Positions 9,493 through 17,731 of a stretch of DNA of 64,000 bases are shown piece after piece (positions within the stretch are counted from its first letter, which is position 1; each line of letters begins with the position of its first letter). The notes beneath the pieces are model-generated. The model was not told the DNA's origin, searched no databases, and saw nothing but the letters and a program-made list of their open reading frames with translations. Both the position numbers and the translations under genes were made by a program. The DNA lies in contig JAWKUI010000009.1 of the NCBI GenBank assembly GCA_041398705.1, forward strand, positions 111,372 through 175,371, read 5' to 3'. Source of the stretch: Planctomycetota bacterium (GTDB lineage Bacteria > Planctomycetota > UBA1135 > GCA-002686595).

Positions 9493-11030
9493 AAGCGCCC
9501 GCCTGGGTCCTGCTATTGATCGTCGTCCTGCTGGCCGGTTTCCAGCGGGCCAGTGTCTTCTCGGCTCCACGCCGGGATCTGTTCGGCAGCTACGAAGCGG
9601 CGCAGCCCGTAGACTCCCCTTTGGTCGCCGGGGAAGAACGCCAGCGCATGAACGCCGCCAACGATCTTTGGTACGGCACGAGCATGCCTTGGATCGACTA
9701 CCAATACGCCAATTACACCGGCGGTTCCCTGGTGGTTTCGACCCTGATGGCGCCGCTGCTGCCCCTTTTCGGCTCCACCGCCTGGACCTTGCGCATCTTC
9801 GCGCTGGCGCTGCAGCTCCTGTCGGTGGTGCTGATCTTCGCGATCCTCGATCGTTGGGCTTCGCGCCGCGCCGCGGTCTTCGGCGGCCTGCTCTACGCCC
9901 TCACCACCCCCGGGTTCCTGATCAACAGCATGATGGTCTGGGGCACGCACGTGGAGAGCAACGTACTGGCGCTCCTCTGCCTCTGGTTGTACTTGAAGTT
10001 GCAGGCGGGAGAACGCCCCCAGGTCGCCCGCCGCATCCTGCTCGGCATCGGCCTCGGACTCAACGTCTACATCGGCTACCAGTCGATCCTGTTCGTGGGG
10101 ATGTTCGCCTTCTTCGACCTGTTCCCCCGTTGGCGCCCCCGCCTCCTGGAGTTCGCAGGTCAAGTCGCGGGCTTCGTGATCGGCATGATCCCGTGGCTCT
10201 GGTACAACCTGCGCAATGATTTCTCGGGCCTCGAGATCTACGGCCAGCGGCCGGAGGATTGGGTGGCCGGCGAGGGGCCGGTAGGCAAACTCTGGGGCTA
10301 TTTTGCGCGGGATTGGCCCGCAGCCCAATGGTTCGACTGGGCTTGGCCCGAATGGGGTCCCACGTACAACCGGCTGTACGCCGGGGTGCTGGTCCTGGCC
10401 GCCTTGATCGGCGCCACGCGCTTCTGCCGCGGCCGGGAAGGGGTGCCGCACCCCGCCCACCTCGCCGCGGTCCTGCTCGGTGGATTCCTCCTGGCGTGGG
10501 CCGTCACCGGATTCGGTGTGGAGGCCAAGGACGCCGTCTTCGGTTACCGCTATGTGCTGCTGGCCATGCCGTGGGTGGTGCTCGCCGCCGCCGCGGGCCT
10601 GGACCGCTTGGCCGGAAACCAGCCCGGTACCGCCGCCCTGGCCTGGTTCGCAACCACGGCGTTGGCCGGGCTCTGCCTTTATGCCAGCACCACCACGCTG
10701 ATCGACAAGGAACGCTTCGCAGCCGAGCGCAATGTTTCGGTGCTTGACCCGAGTGGACATGTGCTTTGGATGTATTCGAGCTATCGGCGGGTGCCCGAAC
10801 GCGCGGGTCCCCTCACGCGGCGCCTGCGGGCCAACCAGGATCCGGCGGAGTTCGAAACCCTGATGCGCGGTCTCGGCCAGAAGTTGCTTTGGCTGGGCAG
10901 CGAGCAACCCGGTTTCGCTCCCGAGCAACTCGAGTTCGCCGCCCAGTTGCGCGCCCTGCGCCGGGAGATCCTCGGCGCCTTGCCCGTCGAGATGCACGAC
11001 TGGTTCCCCGAACCCACCACGGGATCCTGA
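9489..11030 (+). CDS. polytopic membrane protein, ArnT/PMT (GT39/GT83)-like glycosyltransferase (putative)
   Basis: ATGA start/stop overlap with the upstream ligase. At least 10 hydrophobic helices with a large first loop, an architecture like lipid-linked sugar transferases. No catalytic motif verified. Confidence 0.5.
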   Translation: MKAPAWVLLLIVVLLAGFQRASVFSAPRRDLFGSYEAAQPVDSPLVAGEERQRMNAANDLWYGTSMPWIDYQYANYTGGSLVVSTLMAPLLPLFGSTAWTLRIFALALQLLSVVLIFAILDRWASRRAAVFGGLLYALTTPGFLINSMMVWGTHVESNVLALLCLWLYLKLQAGERPQVARRILLGIGLGLNVYIGYQSILFVGMFAFFDLFPRWRPRLLEFAGQVAGFVIGMIPWLWYNLRNDFSGLEIYGQRPEDWVAGEGPVGKLWGYFARDWPAAQWFDWAWPEWGPTYNRLYAGVLVLAALIGATRFCRGREGVPHPAHLAAVLLGGFLLAWAVTGFGVEAKDAVFGYRYVLLAMPWVVLAAAAGLDRLAGNQPGTAALAWFATTALAGLCLYASTTTLIDKERFAAERNVSVLDPSGHVLWMYSSYRRVPERAGPLTRRLRANQDPAEFETLMRGLGQKLLWLGSEQPGFAPEQLEFAAQLRALRREILGALPVEMHDWFPEPTTGS

Positions 11031-11040
11031 GCGCGCCCCC

Positions 11041-11649
11041 ATGTCGCTCTACGAACACCAGGTGCTGCCGCGCCTCCTGTCCTGGGGCATGGGTCTGCGC
11101 TACTTCGAAACGCACCGGGCCGCGACGCTGGAAGGCCTCTCCGGCACCGTACTCGAAGTCGGCTTCGGCGCGGGCCACAACCTGCCCCACTACCCCGCCG
11201 CCGTGCGCGAAGTGCTCGCCATCGAACCGAGCGACCTGGCGCGCCGCAAAGCCGCCGCCCGCATCCACGCCGCGCCCTTCCCCGTGCACTTCGCCGGCCT
11301 CGACGGCCAACGCATCGAACTTGACGACCAAAGCGTCGACGGCATCGCTTGCACCTGGACCCTGTGTTCGATTCCCGACGTGCACGCCGCCCTCGAGGAA
11401 ATGCGCCGCGTACTCAAACCCGGCGCCCGCCTGCACTTCTTCGAACACGGTCTCTCGCTTGATGCCAAAGTCGCCGCCAGCCAACACCGCTGGACCCCCG
11501 TGCAAAAACGCCTCTTCGGCGGCTGCCACCTCGACCGCGACATCGCGGGGCTCCTTAGCGCGCACTTCCCCCACCTCGCCGCCACCCCCAAAACCCTGCG
11601 CGGCCCGCGCATCTTGACCACCTGCCTGCACGGGCAGGCGTGGGGTTGA
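11041..11649 (+). CDS. class I SAM-dependent methyltransferase
   Basis: Motif I 'VLEVGFGAGHN', then 'VDGIACTWTLCSIPD' and 'EMRRVLKPGARLHFFEHG' (Methyltransf_11-like). Confidence 0.8.
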   Translation: MSLYEHQVLPRLLSWGMGLRYFETHRAATLEGLSGTVLEVGFGAGHNLPHYPAAVREVLAIEPSDLARRKAAARIHAAPFPVHFAGLDGQRIELDDQSVDGIACTWTLCSIPDVHAALEEMRRVLKPGARLHFFEHGLSLDAKVAASQHRWTPVQKRLFGGCHLDRDIAGLLSAHFPHLAATPKTLRGPRILTTCLHGQAWG

Positions 11650-11721
11650 AGCGCGGCGGGCGCGGCTCGGTTACCCTGGCACCCAAGAGCCCTATAGACG
11701 CCTGCTGCCTCCAACATTGCC

Positions 11722-12921
11722 ATGCTCCCCTGTCGCGTTATCGCCGCCATTTTTTTTCTGCTCGCGCCGCTCACCTCTGCCAAGGGGCCTGTGCAGCGGC
11801 CCGCCAGCCCACCTCAGCAGCCCGCTGCCGGCGCGGGTCTTGCGCAGGTGATGGACGAGACCGCGCCGCAGGTTCGGGTGCAAGTCCTTGCCGCGCCAGG
11901 CACAGGCCCCCAGAGGGTGCAGGACGCATTGCGAGAGGGTTTGTTTCTGTACCGGGAGCGGCCTGAACCCATCACGCTCCACCCCACGCAAATCCTGCCT
12001 GCGGGGGTTGCCCAGTTCACCGGCGTCGAACCCGGAACCTGGCGCCTGGTCGCCTGGCACGCGGACCTTCCCCCGGACAATCGTCTCCTCCAGATTGCAC
12101 GGGATTCTGAGTCGCAGGAGATTCGATTGGCATGGCGCGGCGCGGATTCGCGGGGGCAAGGAAAGTTGCGCGCCTACTTGGGCGATTTGGAGCCACTTTT
12201 CTTGGTACGGTCCGGTGCGCACCTATACCTACAGCCTGGAAATGTGCCGCTTCCGGTGCCTAGGCATGTCCTCGCATTCTTGGGAGCTCGGCCTCGGCCA
12301 GGCAGCATGGATTCGCAGGGCGAGTCCATCGGATCGCACATGGAAGACCCTGGGTCTGACCGACTGCCGGCCGGCAGCTACTCCTTGGAGATCTACCGCT
12401 ATGCTCCAACCTGCCCGCAACCCTTGGATGATCTGGAGTGCAACGCAATGATCCGTGCGCGCTTCGAGATTCGACCCGGGGAGGAAACCGCGGTCCAAAT
12501 GGAACGCTTGGGCTATGGTCAACTGCGACTGACCCTGGTCGGCGCGCTCACCGAGCAGGATCGCGCGCTGCTGGAACTGTGTTCTCCAGCCGACTGGTTC
12601 CAGCGACTCCGGGAGGAGCACGACCTCCTTCGCCGCGGTCTCCGATCCACCCCACCCTGGCCCGTGCGCCCAGGACCCAAGGATGGCGTCGCGATTGCGG
12701 ATCTCCTCGTGGATGGATTTCCCGAGACGCCCGTCTTGTGGGGCGACAACTCATCTGAGTGGTGTTCGTTTGGCGCGTTTCCACTGGGCCGAACGACCCT
12801 CACGGGCTTTCTGCCCGCAGGCCCCGCCGCCCTGCGCATCACCCTGCCCGGAGGCCGGGTTTTCGAACAATCGGTGACCGTACGCACATACGAAGCGACG
12901 GACGTCATGATCGTCTGGTAG
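11722..12921 (+). CDS. hypothetical secreted protein, paralog of 20581..21795
   Basis: Signal peptide MLPCRVIAAIFFLLAPLTSAKG. Shares 'LPAGSYSLEIYRYAPTC' and a C-terminal '...VTVRTYEATDVMIVW' with 'LPPGRYLLESRRYAPSILC' and '...VEVRSGQVTPVEVRW' of the other protein. Confidence 0.55.
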   Translation: MLPCRVIAAIFFLLAPLTSAKGPVQRPASPPQQPAAGAGLAQVMDETAPQVRVQVLAAPGTGPQRVQDALREGLFLYRERPEPITLHPTQILPAGVAQFTGVEPGTWRLVAWHADLPPDNRLLQIARDSESQEIRLAWRGADSRGQGKLRAYLGDLEPLFLVRSGAHLYLQPGNVPLPVPRHVLAFLGARPRPGSMDSQGESIGSHMEDPGSDRLPAGSYSLEIYRYAPTCPQPLDDLECNAMIRARFEIRPGEETAVQMERLGYGQLRLTLVGALTEQDRALLELCSPADWFQRLREEHDLLRRGLRSTPPWPVRPGPKDGVAIADLLVDGFPETPVLWGDNSSEWCSFGAFPLGRTTLTGFLPAGPAALRITLPGGRVFEQSVTVRTYEATDVMIVW

Positions 12922-12943
12922 GCTGCGGGACAACTCCCCCGCC

Positions 12944-13714
12944 ATGCTCACTCCCGACTCGATCCGCGCGCGCCTCGAAGCAGAGGCGCAGGCGCAAGGC
13001 CTAGAAATCTTGCACGCCTGCGAAAGCGGTTCCCGGGCATGGGGCCTGGCATCCACGGACAGCGACTACGATGTGCGGTTCGTGTATCGCCGCCCGTTGG
13101 GGCGCTATCTGGAAATGCAACGGCCTGTAGACGTCATCGGGCCGGTGTTGGAAGGCGAACTCGACTTCGCCGGTTGGGATCTGCCCAAGTTTGCGGCCCA
13201 CCTCGTCCGCAGCAACCCGAGCGTGCTGGAATGGCTCGGGTCTCCGCAATTCTACCTGCATGACAAGGGCTTCCTCGACCAGGCGCGCGATTTGGCGAAT
13301 CGGTACTTTGACGTGCGGCGCGCCGTGCACCACTACGTTGGAATCGGCCAGAGCGCGTGGGATGGCGGCCGCCAGGCCGACGGCACTTGGAACCTGAAGA
13401 AGTTCTTCTACTTCGCCCGCCCGACCTTGGCAGCGGATTTCATCGTGCGCCACGGCGCGATGGCCCCGGTTCCGTTCGATGAGCTGTACGCCCATTGCGG
13501 CGACGCTGGCCTGTCGGCAGAACTCGAAGACCTCGTGCGCCACAAAGCTGGCGTATCCGAGGGCACGGACTTTCCGGTCCCCGGCCCGCTGGAAACGGAG
13601 CTCGTCCGGCGCCGGACGGACGCTGCGCGCGCAGCGGACGCATTCCCCATGCTCGCCCCCGATCCCGAAGCCGCGAATCGGTTCCTGCTCGAACAATTCG
13701 GAGTGCCCCTGTGA
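12944..13714 (+). CDS. Pol-beta-superfamily nucleotidyltransferase, RlaP/PF10127-like
   Basis: 'ESGSRAWGLASTDSDYDVRFVY' carries the GS-x-G...DxD Pol-beta NTase motif, followed by 'GWDLPKFAAHLVRSNPSVLEWL' typical of this family. Confidence 0.7.
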   Translation: MLTPDSIRARLEAEAQAQGLEILHACESGSRAWGLASTDSDYDVRFVYRRPLGRYLEMQRPVDVIGPVLEGELDFAGWDLPKFAAHLVRSNPSVLEWLGSPQFYLHDKGFLDQARDLANRYFDVRRAVHHYVGIGQSAWDGGRQADGTWNLKKFFYFARPTLAADFIVRHGAMAPVPFDELYAHCGDAGLSAELEDLVRHKAGVSEGTDFPVPGPLETELVRRRTDAARAADAFPMLAPDPEAANRFLLEQFGVPL

Positions 13715-14784
13715 AGTTGGAAGACGTGGAAGCGGGCAAGGGCCTTCTGTTGCGCTGCCGCGCGGGCAGCCACGCCTACGGACTTGCGACGGCGGAATCC
13801 GATGAGGATTTCCGCGGCGTGTTCCTGCAGCCGCAGGAAACGCTCTACGGCCTGTTGCCCTGCAAGCAAATCAGCGATGCGCGCCACGACCGCACCTATT
13901 GGGAGCTCGGCCGATTCGTGGAGTTACTCCTGCAGAGCAATCCCGGTGCGCTCGAGCTGCTTGCGAGCCCGCCGGATGCCGTGCTTTTTCGCCATCCGGT
14001 CATGGAACCGCTCAGGACCCAGGACTTTTTGAGCAAAGCGAGCATTCCAGCCTTTACAGGCTACGCGGAAGGCCAAATCCGGCGCGCACGGGGGCTGAAC
14101 AAGAAGGTGCACAACCCCATGCCGCGCGAGCGCAAGTCCGTGCAGGACTTCTGCCATGTGATCGAAGGCGGGCGTAGCCAACGCTGGGAGCATTGGCTCG
14201 CTCGGTCGGGACATGCGGCGAATTGCTTGGGCCTTGCGCCCATCGCCAAGGCAGCCGACTTGTACGGACTGTATCTGGACGCGGAAGGCACCTGGGCCCG
14301 CGGCATCTCTTCGGGTCCGGAGGCCAATGAGGTGCAGCTCAGCGAGGTGCCGCCTGGCCTTGCCCCCATCGCTTACCTGCACTTCGGGCGCCAAGGGTAC
14401 TCGGACTTCTGCAAGCGTCACCGTGAGTATTGGGTCTGGGTCAACGAGCGCAACGAGGCGCGCTACCAGAACACCGTGGCCCATGCGCAGGGCTACGACG
14501 CGAAGAACATGATGCACACCCTGCGGCTCCTCGATACCGCCCTGGGCATCATCCAAGACGGCACGGTGGTGGTGCGTCGCCCCGACAGGGAGTTCCTGCT
14601 GGCGGTCAAAGCCGGCCACTACTCCCTGGCCGAGGTGCTGGACATGGCGGAGGAACGCTTGGCCCGCATCGCCGCGGCTTTGCCCCACTGCAACCTGCCC
14701 GATCGCCCCGACGCCCAGCGCGCCGAAGCCACCCTGGTGCGCATGCGGCAGGAGCTGTATGGCGCGGAACTAGATCGCCCCTGA
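13711..14784 (+). CDS. Pol-beta-superfamily nucleotidyltransferase, RlaP/PF10127-like (second, longer paralog)
   Basis: GTG 13711 overlaps the upstream stop (GTGA). 'RAGSHAYGLATAESDEDFRGVF' and 'WELGRFVELLLQSNPGALELL' are present. The upstream part of ORF 13495.. is Arg-rich read-through and was discarded. Confidence 0.65.
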   Translation: MKLEDVEAGKGLLLRCRAGSHAYGLATAESDEDFRGVFLQPQETLYGLLPCKQISDARHDRTYWELGRFVELLLQSNPGALELLASPPDAVLFRHPVMEPLRTQDFLSKASIPAFTGYAEGQIRRARGLNKKVHNPMPRERKSVQDFCHVIEGGRSQRWEHWLARSGHAANCLGLAPIAKAADLYGLYLDAEGTWARGISSGPEANEVQLSEVPPGLAPIAYLHFGRQGYSDFCKRHREYWVWVNERNEARYQNTVAHAQGYDAKNMMHTLRLLDTALGIIQDGTVVVRRPDREFLLAVKAGHYSLAEVLDMAEERLARIAAALPHCNLPDRPDAQRAEATLVRMRQELYGAELDRP

Positions 14785-15921
14785 GCGCAGCAGTCCCGCG
14801 GCTTCGGCGAGGACGCGGACTTTGGCGGAGGCGCGTTCGGCGGAGTTCATCGGGCGTTCGGCGAAGGTGCCGAAGCCGCAGTCGGGGTTCAGGAAGATGC
14901 GTTCGTGGCCGAGGGCTTGGGCGAGGGCGCGCACGCGGGTGGCGATGGTGCGGGGGTTTTCGAGTTCGTCGGTGCGCGGGTTGACGACGCCGAAGCCGAC
15001 GCTGGAGCCGGGGGGCAGGGCGGTGAGCAAGGCGGGATCGCCGGCGCGCGGGGTGGCGTATTCGAGCACAAACTGGTCCAGGTGCATGCGGCCCAGGTGC
15101 GGCAGCAGGGCGTCGTAGCTGCCTTGCAGCAGCACAGACTCGTCGCGGCTCCAGTTGCCGCGGCAGACGTGCACGCCGCGGATCGGGCCAGTGAGGCCGT
15201 CGACGACACGGTTCATCAGCTCGACGGCTAGGTCGAGTTCGGATTCGGGGTTCGCGTTCGCGGCGAGGGCGGCGCACATGAAGGTGTGCGTGTTTGATTT
15301 TCCAGCGAAGGCGAGCTCGGTGAGCACGGGCTCGTCGAACTGCACCATGTCCACGCCTGCTTCGATCAGCGAGCGCAGTTCGTCGCGCAGGATCGTTACC
15401 ACGTCATCGCAGAGCTCCTGCCGGTCGCGGAAAGCGGGGCGCGAAAGGGCTTCGACCCAGGAGGAGCGCACCAGGATGTAGGGGCCGGGCAGGGTGGCTT
15501 TGATCGGCAGGTCGGTGATGCCCCGCAGGAACTCCATGTCGTCGCGCACGAGCGGGCGGATCGCCTTCAACCGCCCCACCGCCACGTTGTTGCGGATGGC
15601 GTAGGCGGGCACGTCGAGAGTGCGCAGCAGGGTCTCGAACGCCGCCTTGTCCTCGACGTGGTCGAGCAAATCGGCCATCGACATGCGGTCGAAGCCCTGC
15701 ACGCGCTCGGACAGGAACGACGTGAAGTTGTCGCGACGCTGTTCGCCATCGGTGATCAGGTCCGCGCCGGCTTCCTCCTGGGCGCGCACGGCGGCGACGA
15801 CCGCTTCGTCGGCGAGGGCGCCGGCGTCCGCGGAACGGCGCTTCATGGCGGTCAGCAGGGCGGCGGGCCGCGGCCAGCTGCCGACGGTGGTCACGGGAAA
15901 GGCGGGCAGGGGGCGGGGCAT
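14770..15921 (-). CDS. cobalamin-independent methionine-synthase-family (MetE C-terminal / Meth_synt_2) Zn thiol methyltransferase
   Basis: 'FPVTTVGSWPRP', 'DLITDGEQRRDNF', 'MVQFDEPVL', and Zn-ligand contexts 'GVHVCRGNW' and 'FLNPDCGFG'. ATG 15921 overlaps the upstream stop (ATGA). The 226-aa N-terminal extension of the ORF was discarded. Confidence 0.8.
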   Translation of the reverse strand: MPRPLPAFPVTTVGSWPRPAALLTAMKRRSADAGALADEAVVAAVRAQEEAGADLITDGEQRRDNFTSFLSERVQGFDRMSMADLLDHVEDKAAFETLLRTLDVPAYAIRNNVAVGRLKAIRPLVRDDMEFLRGITDLPIKATLPGPYILVRSSWVEALSRPAFRDRQELCDDVVTILRDELRSLIEAGVDMVQFDEPVLTELAFAGKSNTHTFMCAALAANANPESELDLAVELMNRVVDGLTGPIRGVHVCRGNWSRDESVLLQGSYDALLPHLGRMHLDQFVLEYATPRAGDPALLTALPPGSSVGFGVVNPRTDELENPRTIATRVRALAQALGHERIFLNPDCGFGTFAERPMNSAERASAKVRVLAEAAGLLRSGAI

Positions 15922-16661
15922 CAGGAACTCCGGCGTACGATGGTCACGGGGATGGGGTGGCTGAGGGAGGCCAGGATCGGCGAGCGGGCTTGGACTTCGC
16001 GCCAAAGTTCGGCGAGCGTTTCCTCGTCGGTGTCGGCATCGATGAACAGGCGGCCATCGATGGCGGCGAGGCCCGCGTCCCCTTCGGGCGCGGTGCCGAG
16101 GAACACGAACGGATCGCGCAGATTGCCGCTGAGGGTCACTTCGAGGGCGAAGATCTCGATGCCGCGTTGGCTCGCGCGCCAGCGCATGCCCTGGGCGAGG
16201 CACCCGCCGAGGGCAGCCAGCAGGTATTCGAGGGCGCCGGGCGCGACTTCTTCGGTGTCGAAACTGGCGGGTTGGCCGATGTCGAACGAATGGTTGCGGG
16301 CGTAGGCGCGTACGGCCGGCTGGCCTTCGATCGCACGCACGCGCACGCGCCAGGCGTGGGCGCGGGCTTTCTCTTGATCCGCCGCCAGGTCTTCGTCGGT
16401 GTGCCCGCGTTTGATCAGGAAGTGGCTCGTGCTGCGGCCTTGACCGGGCCGCGAGCCCAAGAAGGAATGCCCCACCAGGCGGCACCAAGCGGGCAGATCG
16501 ACGGTGACGCTGGCATCGTTGCTGCGCACCTCCATCGACCCACCTGCGGGCAGGTGGGACATGGCTTCGCGGATGATGAGCAGCAGGCCGCTGCCACAAT
16601 CCAAGTCCCCCCCTTCGCAGATCGCGTCTGCGCTGAGGGGGACCGACTCTTCACCCGTCAT
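15921..16661 (-). CDS. fusion protein: N-terminal TusA/SirA-like domain plus C-terminal OsmC/Ohr-like domain
   Basis: N-terminus 'GGDLDCGSGLLLIIREAMSHLPAGGSMEVRSNDASVTVDLPAWCRLVGH' has a TusA-like layout. C-terminus 'APGALEYLLAALGGCLAQGM...LEVTLSG' is OsmC-like. Confidence 0.6.
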   Translation of the reverse strand: MTGEESVPLSADAICEGGDLDCGSGLLLIIREAMSHLPAGGSMEVRSNDASVTVDLPAWCRLVGHSFLGSRPGQGRSTSHFLIKRGHTDEDLAADQEKARAHAWRVRVRAIEGQPAVRAYARNHSFDIGQPASFDTEEVAPGALEYLLAALGGCLAQGMRWRASQRGIEIFALEVTLSGNLRDPFVFLGTAPEGDAGLAAIDGRLFIDADTDEETLAELWREVQARSPILASLSHPIPVTIVRRSS

Positions 16662-16668
16662 GGAGCGA

Positions 16669-17031
16669 TCAGTAGGAGACGCAGGGAGCGCCCACGGAGA
16701 GGAACTCCACCAGGCTCGCGCCGCCGACGATGGTGGCGCCGGGGATCAACTTGCTTTCGTCAAGGCCGCGCTTTTTGAAGCAGGGCGAGCAGACCCAGAT
16801 GATGCCGCCGGCTTGGGCGAACTTGGAGATCAGTTCCCCGAGCGGGGCAAACCCTTCTTCGTGCACCCCGTCGGCGTACCCCTGCTGGCAAAGGTGCACG
16901 GCCTCGGTGGACAGGAACATGACGGTCTCCTTCTCGGAGGCCACCGCAGCGTTGGCCACGACGAAGGCGACGGTGGCCTTGTCGGTGTCGTTTTTGGCGG
17001 AGGTCAGACTGACGCAGAATCGGTTGTTCAT
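16669..17031 (-). CDS. DsrE/DsrF-like sulfur-relay family protein
   Basis: About 120 aa, 'MNNRFCVSLTSAKNDTDKATVAFVVANAAVA..ETVMFLSTEAVHL...IIWVCSPCFKKRGL...GATIVGGASLVEFL', matching the DsrE-like fold pattern. Start at ATG 17031. Confidence 0.6.
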   Translation of the reverse strand: MNNRFCVSLTSAKNDTDKATVAFVVANAAVASEKETVMFLSTEAVHLCQQGYADGVHEEGFAPLGELISKFAQAGGIIWVCSPCFKKRGLDESKLIPGATIVGGASLVEFLSVGAPCVSY

Positions 17032-17091
17032 GGGAGGAGCTTTGGGGGGGTCTGGGGAGGGGGAACGCCGCACGCTGGCGGTCGGTGGAGG

Positions 17092-17673
17092 TCAGGACTG
17101 CGGTTTGCGCGCAATCCAGTAGAGGGGGTGTTCGTGGAAGACGAGCGCATTGCCGGTGACGCGGCACCAGGCGGGCAGGTCCCCCGGGGCGCCGGGATCG
17201 GTGGCGCGCACCTGCAGCACGCCGCCGGGTTCGAGCTGGGCGAGGCGCGTGCGCAGTTCGAGCACCAGGTCGCCGCAGCCCATGTCACCGGCATCCCAGG
17301 TGTCCTGGACATTCGGGGCGGCGGACGCGGCGGCCGTCGGGGCCGCCGCCACGGAAATCGGCGCCGTGGGCAGGTAGGGCGGCCGGGATTCGCCAGCTTC
17401 CGCCAGGCGTTGTTCGGAGTGGCGCCAGCCGGCTTTGTAGCAGTCGAGGCGCGCGATGTGCGCGAGGGCGCGGTGCACGAGGGCGCCGGGGGCTTCGCCT
17501 TGGGCCTGGGCCAGGCAAGGGATGCAGGCCGGCGCGTTCTTGTAGCCGAGCAACAGACTCAACACGGCGTCCTGACCGATCAAGGCCTGACCGCAGCGGC
17601 ACGGCTGGCCCCACTGGTCCTCGGCCCAGGCGATCACATCTTCGGCGCGCAAGCTGCTCTTCGCGGGATTCAT
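17092..17673 (-). CDS. two-domain protein: Cys-rich N-terminal domain of unknown function plus C-terminal TusA/SirA-like domain
   Basis: C-terminus 'WDAGDMGCGDLVLELRTRLAQLEPGGVLQVRATDPGAPGDLPAWCRVTGN' parallels the TusA-like domain of 15921..16661. The N-terminus carries CRCG, CIPC and one further Cys. Confidence 0.55.
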   Translation of the reverse strand: MNPAKSSLRAEDVIAWAEDQWGQPCRCGQALIGQDAVLSLLLGYKNAPACIPCLAQAQGEAPGALVHRALAHIARLDCYKAGWRHSEQRLAEAGESRPPYLPTAPISVAAAPTAAASAAPNVQDTWDAGDMGCGDLVLELRTRLAQLEPGGVLQVRATDPGAPGDLPAWCRVTGNALVFHEHPLYWIARKPQS

Positions 17674-17731
17674 CGGGTTCTGGCAGGCAAGGGCCGGTGG
17701 CCGGGCACAAACGGCCCGGCCACCCGCGTTC

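Noticed and set aside
11677-11692. TGGCAC strings examined as sigma-54 -24 elements because an activator is present. Sites at 11677, and around 12051, 20890, 22632, 49318 and 6632.
   Set aside because: None is followed by TTGC(A/T) after the 5-nt spacer, and most lie inside coding sequence.
17032-17094. The TGA stop of the TusA-like gene (17092-17094) is in the same frame as the downstream DsrE-like gene. This raises the possibility of a second Sec codon or a read-through fusion (..KPQS-U-PPPTASV..MNNRF..).
   Set aside because: The UGA is not in a redox motif, and the intervening 20 codons are a Pro-rich sequence that looks non-coding. I could find only a weak 4-bp hairpin downstream. The DsrE-like protein has a natural Met start at 17031. 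A shared frame has a one-in-three chance expectation.
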